Source of the DNA: Balanoglossus misakiensis
Lineage: Eukaryota > Animalia > Hemichordata
DNA length: 64,000 nucleotides
NCBI GenBank assembly: GCA_040954595.2
Contig: CM082584.2
Span: 9,950,090 to 10,014,089 of the forward strand
Reading direction: 5' to 3'
Shown here: positions 1 to 12,600 of the stretch, in pieces
How positions within the stretch are numbered: position 1 is the first letter of the stretch
How the letters are laid out: the number at the start of each line of letters is the position of its first letter
Translations under genes and position numbers: made by a program
Notes under the pieces: generated by a model
What the model was told of the DNA's origin: nothing
Databases searched by the model: none
The model's input: the letters and a program-made list of their open reading frames with translations, nothing else

Positions 1-1365
1 ATGTACTGGACCGACTGGGAGACGGAGCAGATTCACAAAGCGAACAAGTTCACCGGCGGCGGACACGTGACGCTGACGGAGAAGCTGTACTCGCCCATGG
101 GAATCCACGTCTATCACCCAGTCAGGCAACAAAGCGGTGAGTAAACCTAGTGGTACTCTTTTAACCGGGGCAGTTCAGATGAAGGGTGTAGAGGAAATAA
201 TGGGACTGACTTTGTTTTTCTGATGAGTTACTTATGAGGTACCTTATAGAAGAATGGGGTTTGCATAAATTGACAAGTGTTTTTAGCATTTGTGTGTATA
301 ATATATATTTGCCAGTGACCTCGTTGAATGAAACAGCCACTGACTTGGTTTTTCCTGATCTCTGTTCCTCTTTCTCCAGGAATCAACCACTGCGGGGTCA
401 ACAACGGCCGATGCTCGCACTTGTGCGTGGCGGCACCACAGATCACAGCCCGCTCGGCCAAGTACTCATGCCTGTGCCCGGTCGGCTTCTCATTGCTGGA
501 AGACGGCCACACGTGCAACGTGAACGGCGCCACCCCGAAACCGGGACTCGCCCCACCAGGTGAAGCCACCCACCCGACCACCCTCCCCCCTTCGGTCACG
601 GTGACCGGACCCAGGGCGCCGTTTACCACCAAGAAGGGTCCCGCCGCCCACGAGGCATCCTCGGCCATTGCCGCCGGCGAGCTGGCCGGAATCATTATTG
701 GAGCGGTGTTCGCAATTGTTATCATCGTAGGCATCATTGCGCTGTTCCTTTGGAGGTAGGGCTCTCCACATTCATAGAATTGTGTATTTCTTAATTATGT
801 CTGACTTGGAAGAAAATGTCTGAATGATGTCATTAGTCTTTTGTGGGTCAGGATTTTAAGGGTTAATTTTTTAAGTGTAGCTCGCTTTTACTGTTTATAT
901 TTTCCAGACTTCTGACCATTTTCTCCTTTCTTAACCCCTGCAGGAACTATGTAAATAGAAGTAAAAGATCAATGAACTTTGATAATCCTGTATATAGAAA
1001 AACTACTGAAGACCAATTTTGTCTAGAAAAATATCAACATAATCCTGGCAGAACATATCCACCGGTAAGTGTGAATTTAGCATGATGTTTGTCCTTATTG
1101 GGGGTACACGTTGGGGAGGGTGGTTGAGGTATGGGGGTATAGGGGTATAACATGACTTAGGAACACTGTCCATGTGACACCAATCTCTACCAATGATCTG
1201 AAACCCATGAACATTCCAGTGTTGTGTCTCCCCCTGTTGCCATGAAATTGTTACTGACATAGCCTTGTATGTACGCCCACATTCCACACATTCTAACCAT
1301 TGCTTTTTCTTCTGTCTCTCTCTCTCCAACAGCTAACTGGTGTGAGCACAGATGAGAATGTTTAA
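1..1365 (+). CDS. VLDLR: 3' part of a membrane-bound core LDL-receptor-family protein (VLDLR/LRP8/LDLR-like lipoprotein receptor); 5' end lies outside the window
   Basis: Four in-phase GT-AG exons. <1-136: YWTDWETEQIHKANKF...LYSPMGIHVYHP, the last propeller blade. 380-755: EGF-C (CGVNNGRCSHLC...CLCP...C), a Pro/Thr-rich O-glycan stalk and TM (LAGIIIGAVFAIVIIVGIIALFLW). 944-1064: SMNFDNPVYRKTTED internalisation motif. 1333-1365: LTGVSTDENV*. The tail GRTYPP-LTGVSTDENV resembles the VLDLR C-terminus. Exact orthology within the LDLR/VLDLR/LRP8 group is not determinable here. Confidence 0.93.
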
Positions 1366-4276
1366 CGTTAGTCCAACCGTAGAAGAAACTAGTGTTTTCT
1401 TTAAGAAGTAAATACAGTTTTTTTTAAAGAAAGGAAAGGGCCCTGGGATGGCAGTTCAAAGTACTTCATTTATGTTTATTGTTTATGATTGCTCAAGGCA
1501 CAAGTTTCCGCAAACGAGTTTTTTGTTCAATTGATATTTTTGCTGTTTACTGTTTGTTTTTGATGAAATGATTTGTGATAAATATATGGAGTACATTTCT
1601 AGATGCAATGTAATTGTGTTTAAGACACGGACCAAGCATCGCTTGGTTTTCATGTAGAGCTTTAGACCGTGTGAAATCTCTCCCCTTTTTTGCTGTTTCC
1701 ATGGAATATTTATATAAGTTGAATGGAAAGTTTATTCTGGTGGCCAGCCAAGAGAAATATTTGGTAGGGGTTGGGGAGGGAGGAAGTGGGTTGGGAAGGG
1801 GAGGGGGAGAATATTTTGATCTGCCATCCCAGCGGTAGGGGTAGAAACATTGGTGAATATACTGTGTGTGGATGAACTGAAAGAAACCCGCAAGGATCTG
1901 CCTTGAACACGGTGGGCATTACAGGAGTATTTATGTTTACTCGGAGACTGTCAATCATTGGGCCAAGTGAAAGATCGGTCAGATTGAAGCTGGACCCATG
2001 TGTTGGGAGTTTCAGGAGAGAGAGAAAAAGAAGAAGTCGCCCCTCCAAGAAAACAAAAACAAAACAGGGTGGACTTATTGCTTAATGTTGATAAAAGAAT
2101 GTAGAATACATCGCAAATCATAAACGAATTTGGATTGCTTTCCTTTGAGAGGAAAAACAAAACAAAGGTACTCACAAAGGTGTTATTTCTGCTTGCTTTT
2201 TAAGCATCAATTCTGTAAATATGACATTTATGTTTATTACAAAAACCACACTAATGGAACGTCTTCTGCTGTGGGAGTGTGAGAGAGTTGATTATATGGA
2301 GTCTCCACAATCTCTGTCTCGCTATCTTTCTTTGCGTTGTAAATACCTTCAAAATATATTCCGGAGCTCCTAGATAATATTTATATATTTGTGTTACTGG
2401 ACTAGCTGTAGATGGGATTGGTTGGTTTGGCAAAAAAAAGGTCAAAAAAATCTTTAAAAAAAACTTACAACTCAACAGATGCTAATATTGTAGATATTAG
2501 GACTAATTCAATACAAACAAGGTATTTTTTTTTATTAAAGATTTATTTATGCAAAAAAAAATTCATTTTGGGGGAAATCAGGTTCTAGAGACTTTCTCAC
2601 ACGTCCACAGCAGAAATTCCAACAAAAAGTTGAATTAGTGAAGAAAAAAGTGTAAAAAATGACTAAAAACAATTCTGCCAGTGTTGTGTTGTAGTAATAG
2701 GCCAGAAACCAAAAACTGTAGTAGTGTTGCTGTATTTCCCAGTACATGGACAGGTAATGCACTTTCATTTTTCGAAAAGATAACTTACTAGATAAAATGA
2801 AAGCTGTTGCACTTATCCATGACATTAGAGTTGGTGTTCTCGTATTGGGTGTTCTTATGCTGTTGAATAATAATTGCATTTTTCACAAAAAAAGAATTTT
2901 TGGGAAATCCTGTAATCCAGGAGTATACCAACAATTCAGTGGAGGGGGGGGGACAGCATAGACCAATTTTTACAACATCTGTTGCCCACTTCATGTAGAA
3001 ATAGTAGTTTACCTCAGAAAAAAGTTGAGCTTTTTGTGTTTTCATTACCAGAACTACTGTGTAAGGCGTTATTACATGTATAGGAAAATCAGTTTGCCAA
3101 CTTTTTGTTGTTCTTTCTTTGTCAATGTATAAAGTATAAATAGTGTGTTTACTGCTAGTAATTTCATGTGCTCTGTCTTAACTTCAGTGATCTAGAGAAA
3201 AAACAACACAAAGTTGTCAATTTTCCATTTTTGATTGATAAATCAGAGTTTTCCCGATCTCTAGCGCACCCCCTCACCCCTTCGGACAATAATGGTATAA
3301 CCTAATTACATATACATGGTGCAGGGGTGACTAGTGGTGATGTGTGCACATGAGACAAAGGGGAAAATACTACCAAAAAAAAAAATTCTTGTGACAATTT
3401 GTGAATTAGAAATTTTGATTGCAGTGCTGTAATACTGTGTCATTGTACATTTTTTTTCTGGAAATGTTACATAGATAGATGCCATTTTTTTCTGTAACTT
3501 TGTTCTGACATTTTCAGAACGCAACCAAAACTTTCAGGAAATCCCATTTTGGTTGGACACGCACTCAAAAAATTTACTTGAAGCAAAGAGTTTCTCGTTG
3601 TGTAGTGTTTTAATTTTACTAGGCGCAGATTCTACCCGTGCTTTTGCATTTCACAGTGTTGGCAGTGATATGTCAAAAATCTTAATACAGTTTTGACTTC
3701 AGTGATGTAATGGAGGAATAATTCCTAATTAGTGTTCATTTTTTCCTTTTCCCGTGTTTAATGTTTTTTTGTTTTTTTCATGTCAATGGATTTCAGTCTG
3801 TGGACATGACACTTCTCATGGTGCCATTGCCGGGGCTAAAGGGCTGCTCCATTGATCGATTATACATATATTTGGACATATGGACCATATTTATTTATAA
3901 CATGCCATCTGAAGTTTAAAAAAATGGTGAAAAAAAATCATGAAAAAAACTTTTCCTCTCTGTGAGGGAAATTATTGTATTTTCTTTGTAAAAAGGAAGT
4001 ATTCCTTGGCCCTGAAATAATTTCAAAAGAAAACGGTCCCTGTGTCACTTCTCAAGTGTGTGATTTTTCTCGGGTCAGTCCAGGATTTGGGTTTTTATAA
4101 AAACTGCAATGGCATTTGGGAGAAGTGAGACAGGGGCCCCAGGAGGGCAGACACACACGCTTGTGTTCCTTGTGTAGTTTATTTATCATACTACTAGCAA
4201 TATAGGACAATTTTGTTGTTTTATGTTCACATTATAGATGCCCTTGCTTTGTAATTAGTGAGAGTGGTGTGTGATT

Positions 4277-4294
4277 ACTGGAGAGAGAGAGAGA

Positions 4295-4328
<34 letters not shown>

Positions 4329-4393
4329 CGAGTGTGTTTGTGTAATAGATGCAAGTATGGTTGTGTGTGTGCGTGCGTGCGCGAGAGAGAGAG
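4277..4393. repeat. Compound (GA)n/(GT)n microsatellite
   Basis: gagagagagagagagtgtgtgtgtgtgtgtgtgtgagagagagaga... read directly, at the end of the long AT-rich region that follows gene 1 (likely 3' UTR). Confidence 0.9.
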
Positions 4394-7300
4394 ATTGAGA
4401 CTTCAGTGTAGAGTTAGGACAGTTGAGAAGCCTTTGCGAAAATATCAGTTGAAGAATTCTTTGTGTGTCCACTCTATAATGTATTGGGTTAAATATTTAA
4501 TTATATTAAAAAGAATATTTGTGTTATAAATAATTTCTTTGTCCTGTGTTATTGCTTGTTACAACCCCCTGTTGTTGGCCAATGACCTGAATTCGGATCG
4601 ATGGGACCAGAATTGGATGCTTCTACTGGTTGCCCAGTTCAATTTGCCGTGTAAAGATTTTGTAGACCACATAGACTGTAGTTCATACACACACACAGTT
4701 GATCAAGTTTGCATTCTCTAGATGGGTGGTGTCCGCCTATGCGGTTTGGCTAATCTGATTTTCTACATTCCCCACTGTCTGGCATGCAGTTTGAAAAACG
4801 TGCTTAGAAATTGGCTTTTTTGGTGCCATATCTTCCGGGGGGCTTGCATTCTTTATTGGGCGGGATCAAAGCAATGTAACACCCTGTGAAAAACGACAAG
4901 CTTTGACCTCTGGGCAGGCAACTGTAAAATAGCAACGCTGCTGTGGTCTACCTGTGCCATAAAAATCGCACCAGATTGACCTATTCCCCTCCATTTCATG
5001 TTCCCTGTGAAAATTGGAACATTACATGTAGAACATTCCAGTTTATTAAATGCATATAGGATGTGACTGGTCACTGAAACCAGATCTCTGCTGCACATGA
5101 CTCGACATTGTTACCAGACATGGGCTTCCATGGCTTCCTTCAAAACACTGCCCTTCTAAATCCAGTGTTTCAAAACTATTTGAACACAAGGGCAACCCAT
5201 GCACGTCCAACATGCCCCCAAGAAGTGTACCCAATCTGTTTTGGCAGTCAATTACTCTAGTGTCCTGTTTGGGTGTCGCTTATTTCAACAAATACTCTGG
5301 GAATACCAAACATTCACTGAGAAGGTGTTCCAGGCCAGTTGGTGCGTTGAATTGAATGTTATGTAACATTGTGCATATTCAAGCAAATACCTGGCAAAAA
5401 TGTAAGAAAAAGATGAAAGTAGGTGTCTTAGCTGCACGCTTACGAATTACTCTTCGTTGCTTAGATGACATGACATCAATTGAGACAAATCTAATCGTAC
5501 CCATGCAACATGGAAGAAGGATATTTTGGGGGTTTGGCTACCAACACTCAGTTTAACGAGCGCAGAGAACGATGGGTTGCAGACAGACACATTAAACATG
5601 TTAAACGTGTTTAACCCGGACTGTCTGAACTTCTGGTGAACTTTTCAACACATGGTGTGAAAGAAAGGGCAGCCGTTGGCTATGAGGCGATTGGTGCAGT
5701 TATCATCAATGTCTTTTAGGCGTCCGACAGCTAGTATCGGCTCCCCCCCCCCCCCCGGTCGAATATATTCTGCACTGTCATGTCAGGCTGCTTAATTTTT
5801 GCCACCGTTTTATCGATTATTACTGCCCTTTTCCGTCCCTGAAATTTGAACTTGATTATCCAGAATTTTGTATAACTAAAGTAAAGACCCTTGTCTAGGA
5901 TTTTAAAATCCTGCAAAATACTTTCTGTCGGTCTTTCTGTGCATTTTTAGTCGTGACTGAACACAGGTGTACGTGGCCGTTTTATTGGTGAAATTGTGTC
6001 ATGCACGGACCTTGCGCTTTGACGGGGGCGCTTTGAACCGGAACATTCTATCGATTTAAACTCTCGTGGAACTATTTTTGCCCATGAGAAAACCAGGTTT
6101 ATGAAACATTAATACCGAACAGGTGAGACTGTTGTTCGTCCCTTCTGTTTACAAACATTCGGCTGCCAAGGGAAAAGGGAAGACATGGCAGTTTGCCAAG
6201 CGCCTTTTATTCACCGATCTATACGGAATGCAAATGCAAATTAGTGTTTGATTATTGGACATCTGCCATGCTAACCCAATGCGTCACATGACGTGTACCG
6301 CGTGGTCGCCACGACTGCGCCCACTTTAGCACACTGTCCATGTGGTTTAATGACCCTGCTCCACCGACCTTTTTTCTTCTTCGACCAGTGGCGAACGGTG
6401 TTAAAACTGGACAGAGTTGTAGAAATAAATACCGTTGAAAAGACCGATTGGAATATAACAAGCTCAAAACAACGACACTGAAATCAATCGATCGAGGCAG
6501 TGTTGTGTAATTTGTAATATTGATCGTACTTCCAAGTAAAGGCTGTAACCGTTATATGCTATTAATGTCGGTTTCATGGACCCCGCCACCAGTGGCGTTC
6601 TCTTGATCTTGAGCCGGGGTTTGGGGGGGGGGGGAGGTGAATTTTCCATTTCTGCAAGTCTGCAACTTGTAACTCTAACACGACCTGTTGAGGCTGTTCT
6701 AAAGGTTAATTTGACGGAGACTTTCTACAAATTTATGCTGCTATAGCGAAATCAAAAATTATAAGAAGAGTTCACCTGTCGGTTTTTTCGAATGCTTGTT
6801 TTTTAAAATGACGCCATCCTAGAAAATCTCAACTCTACGTACGAATGCCCACATGTTCCAGTGTTTTTCCCCACTTACACTAACTCTAGAGGGCGCACGA
6901 CAAATAGATCATGCAGCATCACTCCGTGTCATTCAGGCCCGTCCGTGTGGGGATGTTGATATTTACCGGATTTTTCTGCAAAAGGCCCATGCTTAGCCAA
7001 GAAAACCCCTGGCGATTTTTTTTAAATTGCGGTTTTATTCTGTCAAAGGAACGAGACTTATTTTCATCCAGAGATGAGACTTACACTGGCACGAAGCTGC
7101 ATTTCCACACAGATGCCTTTAAAATTGTTTTGCCTTACATTGACGTTTTGTAACTTTGGCAGCTGAAAAGCAGATAATATATATACGAAGTAGTTTCCTG
7201 CCACGCTGCACGTTTCACTCCAGAAACAAGAAAGTATCCGCGGAGAAAGTCACAGAACGCGTGTTATCATCTTGTCACGTGACCTGGGCGTGTCCGTGCC

Positions 7301-9262
7301 AGGTGCACTGGTGTCGTCTGCATGGATGTCGTCTACAGAATCTGCGTGCGTAAATCGAGCTTCAGGAGAAAATAACAAAATGTTGCCGTCCGATATTCGT
7401 GTGATGGAGAACTTCAGGACACTTGACGACGACAACAATTAAGGTAACGCTACGTACAAGCATGTTCAGGCTGTCGGATGCACCTACTTCGTTTCAACTG
7501 TGCATGTGAGTGATCGTTCGCACGTCGATCGCGACCTCTCCATTTTGAAACTTTCTTCGTAGGAATCGTTTTAGCAAGAGAGTACGACGCGTGTGATGCT
7601 AAAACGACCTACCGGCTGATCTGTATTCGGACTGTAGCACATATTACCCGTAGTGGATGTGAACAAGCAGAGTGAAAAATATATTATGTAGGTCCCTTGG
7701 CACGGGACTCGAGAGAAAGTCAGAAAGCACGCGTTTCTGGTATCAGGCTAACCACGGACATCGGCAAGGGAAACTCACGGTCTGGAAGCCATGCAAGCAA
7801 TGTGTGTTCAATATGGAATGGGCAAGGAAACTTTAATCTAGTGCATCATGCGTGCAACGGGGATGTAAACTTGTACAAGAAATCTTCAACATAATGCGAA
7901 GGTAGGTTTTCATGTAAAAACTTTATTAACCACCTAGTCAGACTTTATCCAAGGACATTTGCAGTAAGTGTTATCACGACTGAAGGGGGTCACTCAATCA
8001 GCTCATTTGAATACTAAACCACAACCCCTGGCACAGAAAAAATATGCAAAAACATTTTGGCCCGCCCGACTATAAATAGCCCTGCATTCATTCGCCGTAA
8101 TGTTTAACCAGGTGGTTGACCGAAGAGAATGGCTCATACATGTACCACCAGAAATAAACGTTGTTGCAACGCAGTAAAAGGCTGTATCATTTGTGGCACA
8201 CTTCAGAAAATATCTAGGGAATTTAGAAATTTAGCAAAGCAATATAGGCACATGATGAAGCTGACGTGTTCGCCCGCAGCTATTTCGCCATGCAGCTTTG
8301 CTTTGCTGGTCTTGGACGTTGAGGGCGCACACTTAATCAGAGAAGCCTGGGGGCTGGCCTGGGGGAGGGGAAGGGGTCATCTTCGCCCGCCAACCCGTGT
8401 GAGCGGACGTTGGGAAGGGATGTGAGAGTCTATAGTTCCCGGTTGCACACAAGGCAGATTCAGCTATAAATGGAGACCTCTTGTCTCCGATAAGCATGTC
8501 TGGGTCGGCCCAACAGTATGCAAAATACAAGTATCCGAACATTATCTGGCAAAATGACGCCCTCAAGTAGCACTTATACACTCAACTTTTGTTTTTATTG
8601 GCCTGATGGCGTACCACGCGCACACAACAAAGCGCATGGACCTCCGCCAATCAAGTTGTGATGGAATGTTAACAATGGTGGTGAAGGGCTAAACCTGTTA
8701 CAAAGACAATATAAGAACCTGGATTAGGTCAACCAGACTTTGTGTCAACAAAAACACAGACACGACAAGATTCATTTATGTTCACGTGTTATTTATTATG
8801 CTATGCAGAGTAATTATTGCACAGTTGTTATTGATTACCATCTTTTTTGCGTAGAAGAAAGGGATGACTTTCATATGCCATATAATCAGCAATAATCAGC
8901 ATATACCCACAGCTGCCCCTGGAGAATATACAAACTATACCTTACAACTATATGACCTTTTAAGAACGTAGTAAATAAATTCACATTAAGAATGGCAATT
9001 TAATAAACACTGACTGATAGACAGACAGGCTCTTGTAATTATGATTGGATACACGATCAAGTGAGATACATTTCTTTGTTACTCAGAGTCACACACATCA
9101 TTAGAACACAATATATTGTGAAACCGAAAAGCGAACCAGTTATGTCTGAAAAATCGAATAGAGATCTTAATATTAATTAAAACCTTGTACTTATATATTT
9201 ATATATTAAAGGGCTACTCTATGAAAGGGAACATTTTTGTAAAAATCCTGAAAAGATCCTTG

Positions 9263-9667
9263 GAATAGAAAACATAAAAGTAAATGCTAAAAATAACAGT
9301 TAAATGGTTACATGAAAAATTTCAAATAACACCTATATAACACAACTAAATACATCTTCCTGTGTTAACACAAGTTATGCATATAATGGCACTTATTAGA
9401 ATAAGGACAGGAAGTATAGAGGGATTGAAGGTAACATTTTACTATATCTCTGTTTCAAGCAGACACAGTAACTCGTGAGAATAGAAAACATGAAAGTAAA
9501 TGCTAAAAATTACAGTTAAAATGGTAACATGAAAACTTTTAACAAACACCTATGTAAAGCAACCAATCTTCCTTTGTTCACATAAGTTGCAGCGTGTAAT
9601 GGCACTTATAGAGAAATTCGAGTTCGTGTTTTACCATATCCGTTTGGTACAAGCAAACATGGTAACT
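9263..9667. repeat. Diverged ~200-bp tandem duplication in the ovoA 3' UTR
   Basis: gaatagaaaacataaaagtaaatgctaaaaataacagttaaa... (9263) recurs as gaatagaaaacatgaaagtaaatgctaaaaattacagttaaa... (9479). The two copies stay collinear through taatggcacttat and caagca..gtaact. Confidence 0.85.
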
Positions 9668-12600
9668 ATTTTCGTTTCCAGACGGTCACAGTTGCCTGTC
9701 TCTTTGCTCCCTTGTCGTCAGAATACTTGAAAGACAGCATCTCAAGGAAATCAAGTCTGTTGGGAAGTAGAAAAAAACATTCATACTAAGTTTCATGAAT
9801 GAAAGTTTAAGGGAACAGCCTAAGATTGCTGTATAAATTCCAAAAGCTATTCTTGTGGGTGGAAATCACATTTTTTTAATATTTACCTTCTCCCAATGAT
9901 GGGCTCCAGCTTATCCTTGTTCCAGTCTCTGCTGGTCACTATAGCAACCACTCCAGTAGGCTGGGTGATCTCCCACAGGCGAGCTAGCCAAGCTGCAAAG
10001 CCAAGATAGATTCAAGTCAGTGAGTTGCCTGAACTCCAATCCCAGACGTTGCAGGTTATACGACGACAGGGTTTCTTTAGCCAGGAACACCCACCATCAG
10101 CTGCCTTCAAAGTCATGGCAATCAATTGCTCGCTGACACTCTCAAAGTGGGAAGTCCAGGTAGCTTTATGTCACAACATATCTGTAACATGCTGGGATCA
10201 GCCCATGTTACAGATCATGTGGAATACAATGAAAATGGACTGATCTGCACAGAAGGAATGACCATCAAGACTACAATTGTCAAAATAGTTTTACTGCTTA
10301 AAGTGGAACGTTACGCACAACTTTGGGTTTCAGAGTACAATAGAAATGTCAAAATATTTGGATGTCCATAGCTCTGTGAACAAAACCAATGTTTTTCATA
10401 GCACTTTTTGAAGAATAAGATCTAAAACAGAATGCAACGTTCCACTTTAATAAAAATGAGCAGTGAACATGGGGAAAGAAAATGATGAGCTGAAAAAAAA
10501 TGTCAAAAAATGGGCCACTCAAGTAGAATGTACCATAAATACCTACCTATGACCAGACAGAAAATATAGTTATTAAGAGGATTATGTCTAGGGTTAAATA
10601 TTCTTTACTTCAGAGCCTTCAATCATTCCTGACTAACTACATGTACATGTGTGCTGAATATTTACAAAATCAAAAGATTTGAGTGAGATTCCCTAATGGC
10701 TGTACAGAAATGTGTTTATATAGAACATGTATTTTCTATTAACATTAATGAAACATGCACTTTTTGAAATGGCCAGTGATGTTCCAAGTTATTGAGACTT
10801 ACCCTCACCCTACACAGTCATGATGCTGTCATAATACTTACATGCTTTAAGCTCAAATCACAGAAACTTTTGGCTTTGTTATCAGTATTTTTTCGCAGTG
10901 TATCAATTATGGTTTCGTGGTCAGATTCCTAAAGAATGATGAATTCTTGTGTTTGGACTTGAATTCATTCATCAACAATGATTTTTAAAAACTCGGGCTA
11001 CATTTAGCATCATATAGGGAGTAGAAACTCTAGTTGATACACCAAAATACTAAAAAAATATTTAACAATCACAGCTAAAGGAGTTTACCCGTATATAGGT
11101 TGTAATGAGAGGAACTGTAATGACTAGTATTAGTATTTGCAGTAGGCAAGAGCATGCAGAATATAAGTATGCCTGCGGGATCTAGTCCCATTTGCAGATT
11201 CCTTTTATCAACATATACATATAAAGCAATGAGAAGTAAAGCGCTTTGCTCAAAAGCTTAGGCACAACATTGCGGCCATGTAGTCCCCATCCTCCGATAG
11301 AAAGTCCATGGCAACAATCCTCCGACAAGCATGATTTAGCTGATGTTTTTTAACTCCACAAACCGTAACATTTAATATTCATGAGATTCCTACCTGTTCT
11401 TGTAAAAATCAGAGTTCCCTAGCCTGTTTAAATTCTAAGATTAACACTCGTTTGCTTGCTATGACAATTTATGTATGAAATGTTTAGACTTGCAGGGAAG
11501 ACAGCAACTTGATACCTAACTACCAGGGAAGGAAAGCAAAAATTAGTTTTTAGTTTACTGTTTTATTTAGGGTGTCATGGGATCTAGTTGTGAGTCCAGG
11601 TTACTTTCAAGTCCCAAAGACCTGCCAGATATTGATCACCATTGTAAATGTATACACCGTATTTGTTTGGTCATTTCTAAAAGCAAGATGGAAAATCTGC
11701 CCATATTTATACTTTGAGAATATTTTGGTGGCACATGTATATTCCAATGTCCAGTATCAAAGTATAAGCCATGGGGCAGACTTGGCCGTTCACGGGTGAT
11801 TATTAGAGCTTGCTAAACAGTTTAAACTTGCAGGGAAGAGATCAGGCTACATACATTTATATTCCTGTAAAGAAGACAAGAAAGATGAAAACACGTTGTG
11901 GTGAAAGATAGACGCATGTATCTGAACAACTGAAGAGGAGAGAATGGCTGAAATTATCAGTCATGTGTTGACATGCACACATGATAAATTACAGTAAAAC
12001 CTGCATGTCTAAACCGAACACCAAAGGGACTGAAGAAATTGTTCAGTTTGCAAAGGTGTCTGGTTTATAGAGGTTCTTCTAACATGTCTTTCTACGTCAA
12101 AGGGACTGGAAAAGGTGTTCGGTCGAGTCATGTTTCCAGATTAGACAGGGTTCGGTTTAGACATGTTTTTATAAAAAGTGAAAAAATTCCATGTGTCGAA
12201 CAAAAACAACGCAACATGTTGTTATGGTTACAGTGTTCTCCCCAGAGTAATTAATGCATAGAGGCTTCTTCTCTTGCATATTAGCAAAACAATGCAAATT
12301 AATTCCGAGTCATTTGTGTACCTACCTTTGGCATTCAGGAGTCTGTCAGTCATGTCCATCAGAGTAAAATCATAGCCGTATAACTCGTTTGGAATCCAGG
12401 TCAGCTGTGGTCAAAAGAAAGAAAGAAATTGAAATATTCATGTTGTGAAAAGGGAAGGGGATTATAAAAAAGAAAAGAATCATTTCCATGTGTTTTCGTT
12501 TGGTTCAGACAACTGGGATGATTTTGACATTTCAGACCCAAACCACACCTGTTTGAAGACAACTTTCTCTCTGTTAGTACTGTCATCCAACGTCACTTCC

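Noticed and set aside
228-771. Minus-strand and alternative-frame ORFs over gene 1 (and similarly at 35517-36226 and 40300-40731)
   Set aside because: Shadow ORFs of GC-rich LDLR exons.
5000-8700. CpG-richer intergenic segment with short ORFs and a G-run cluster at ~8349-8376
   Set aside because: I found no recognisable domain or consistent exon chain, so I cannot support a feature.
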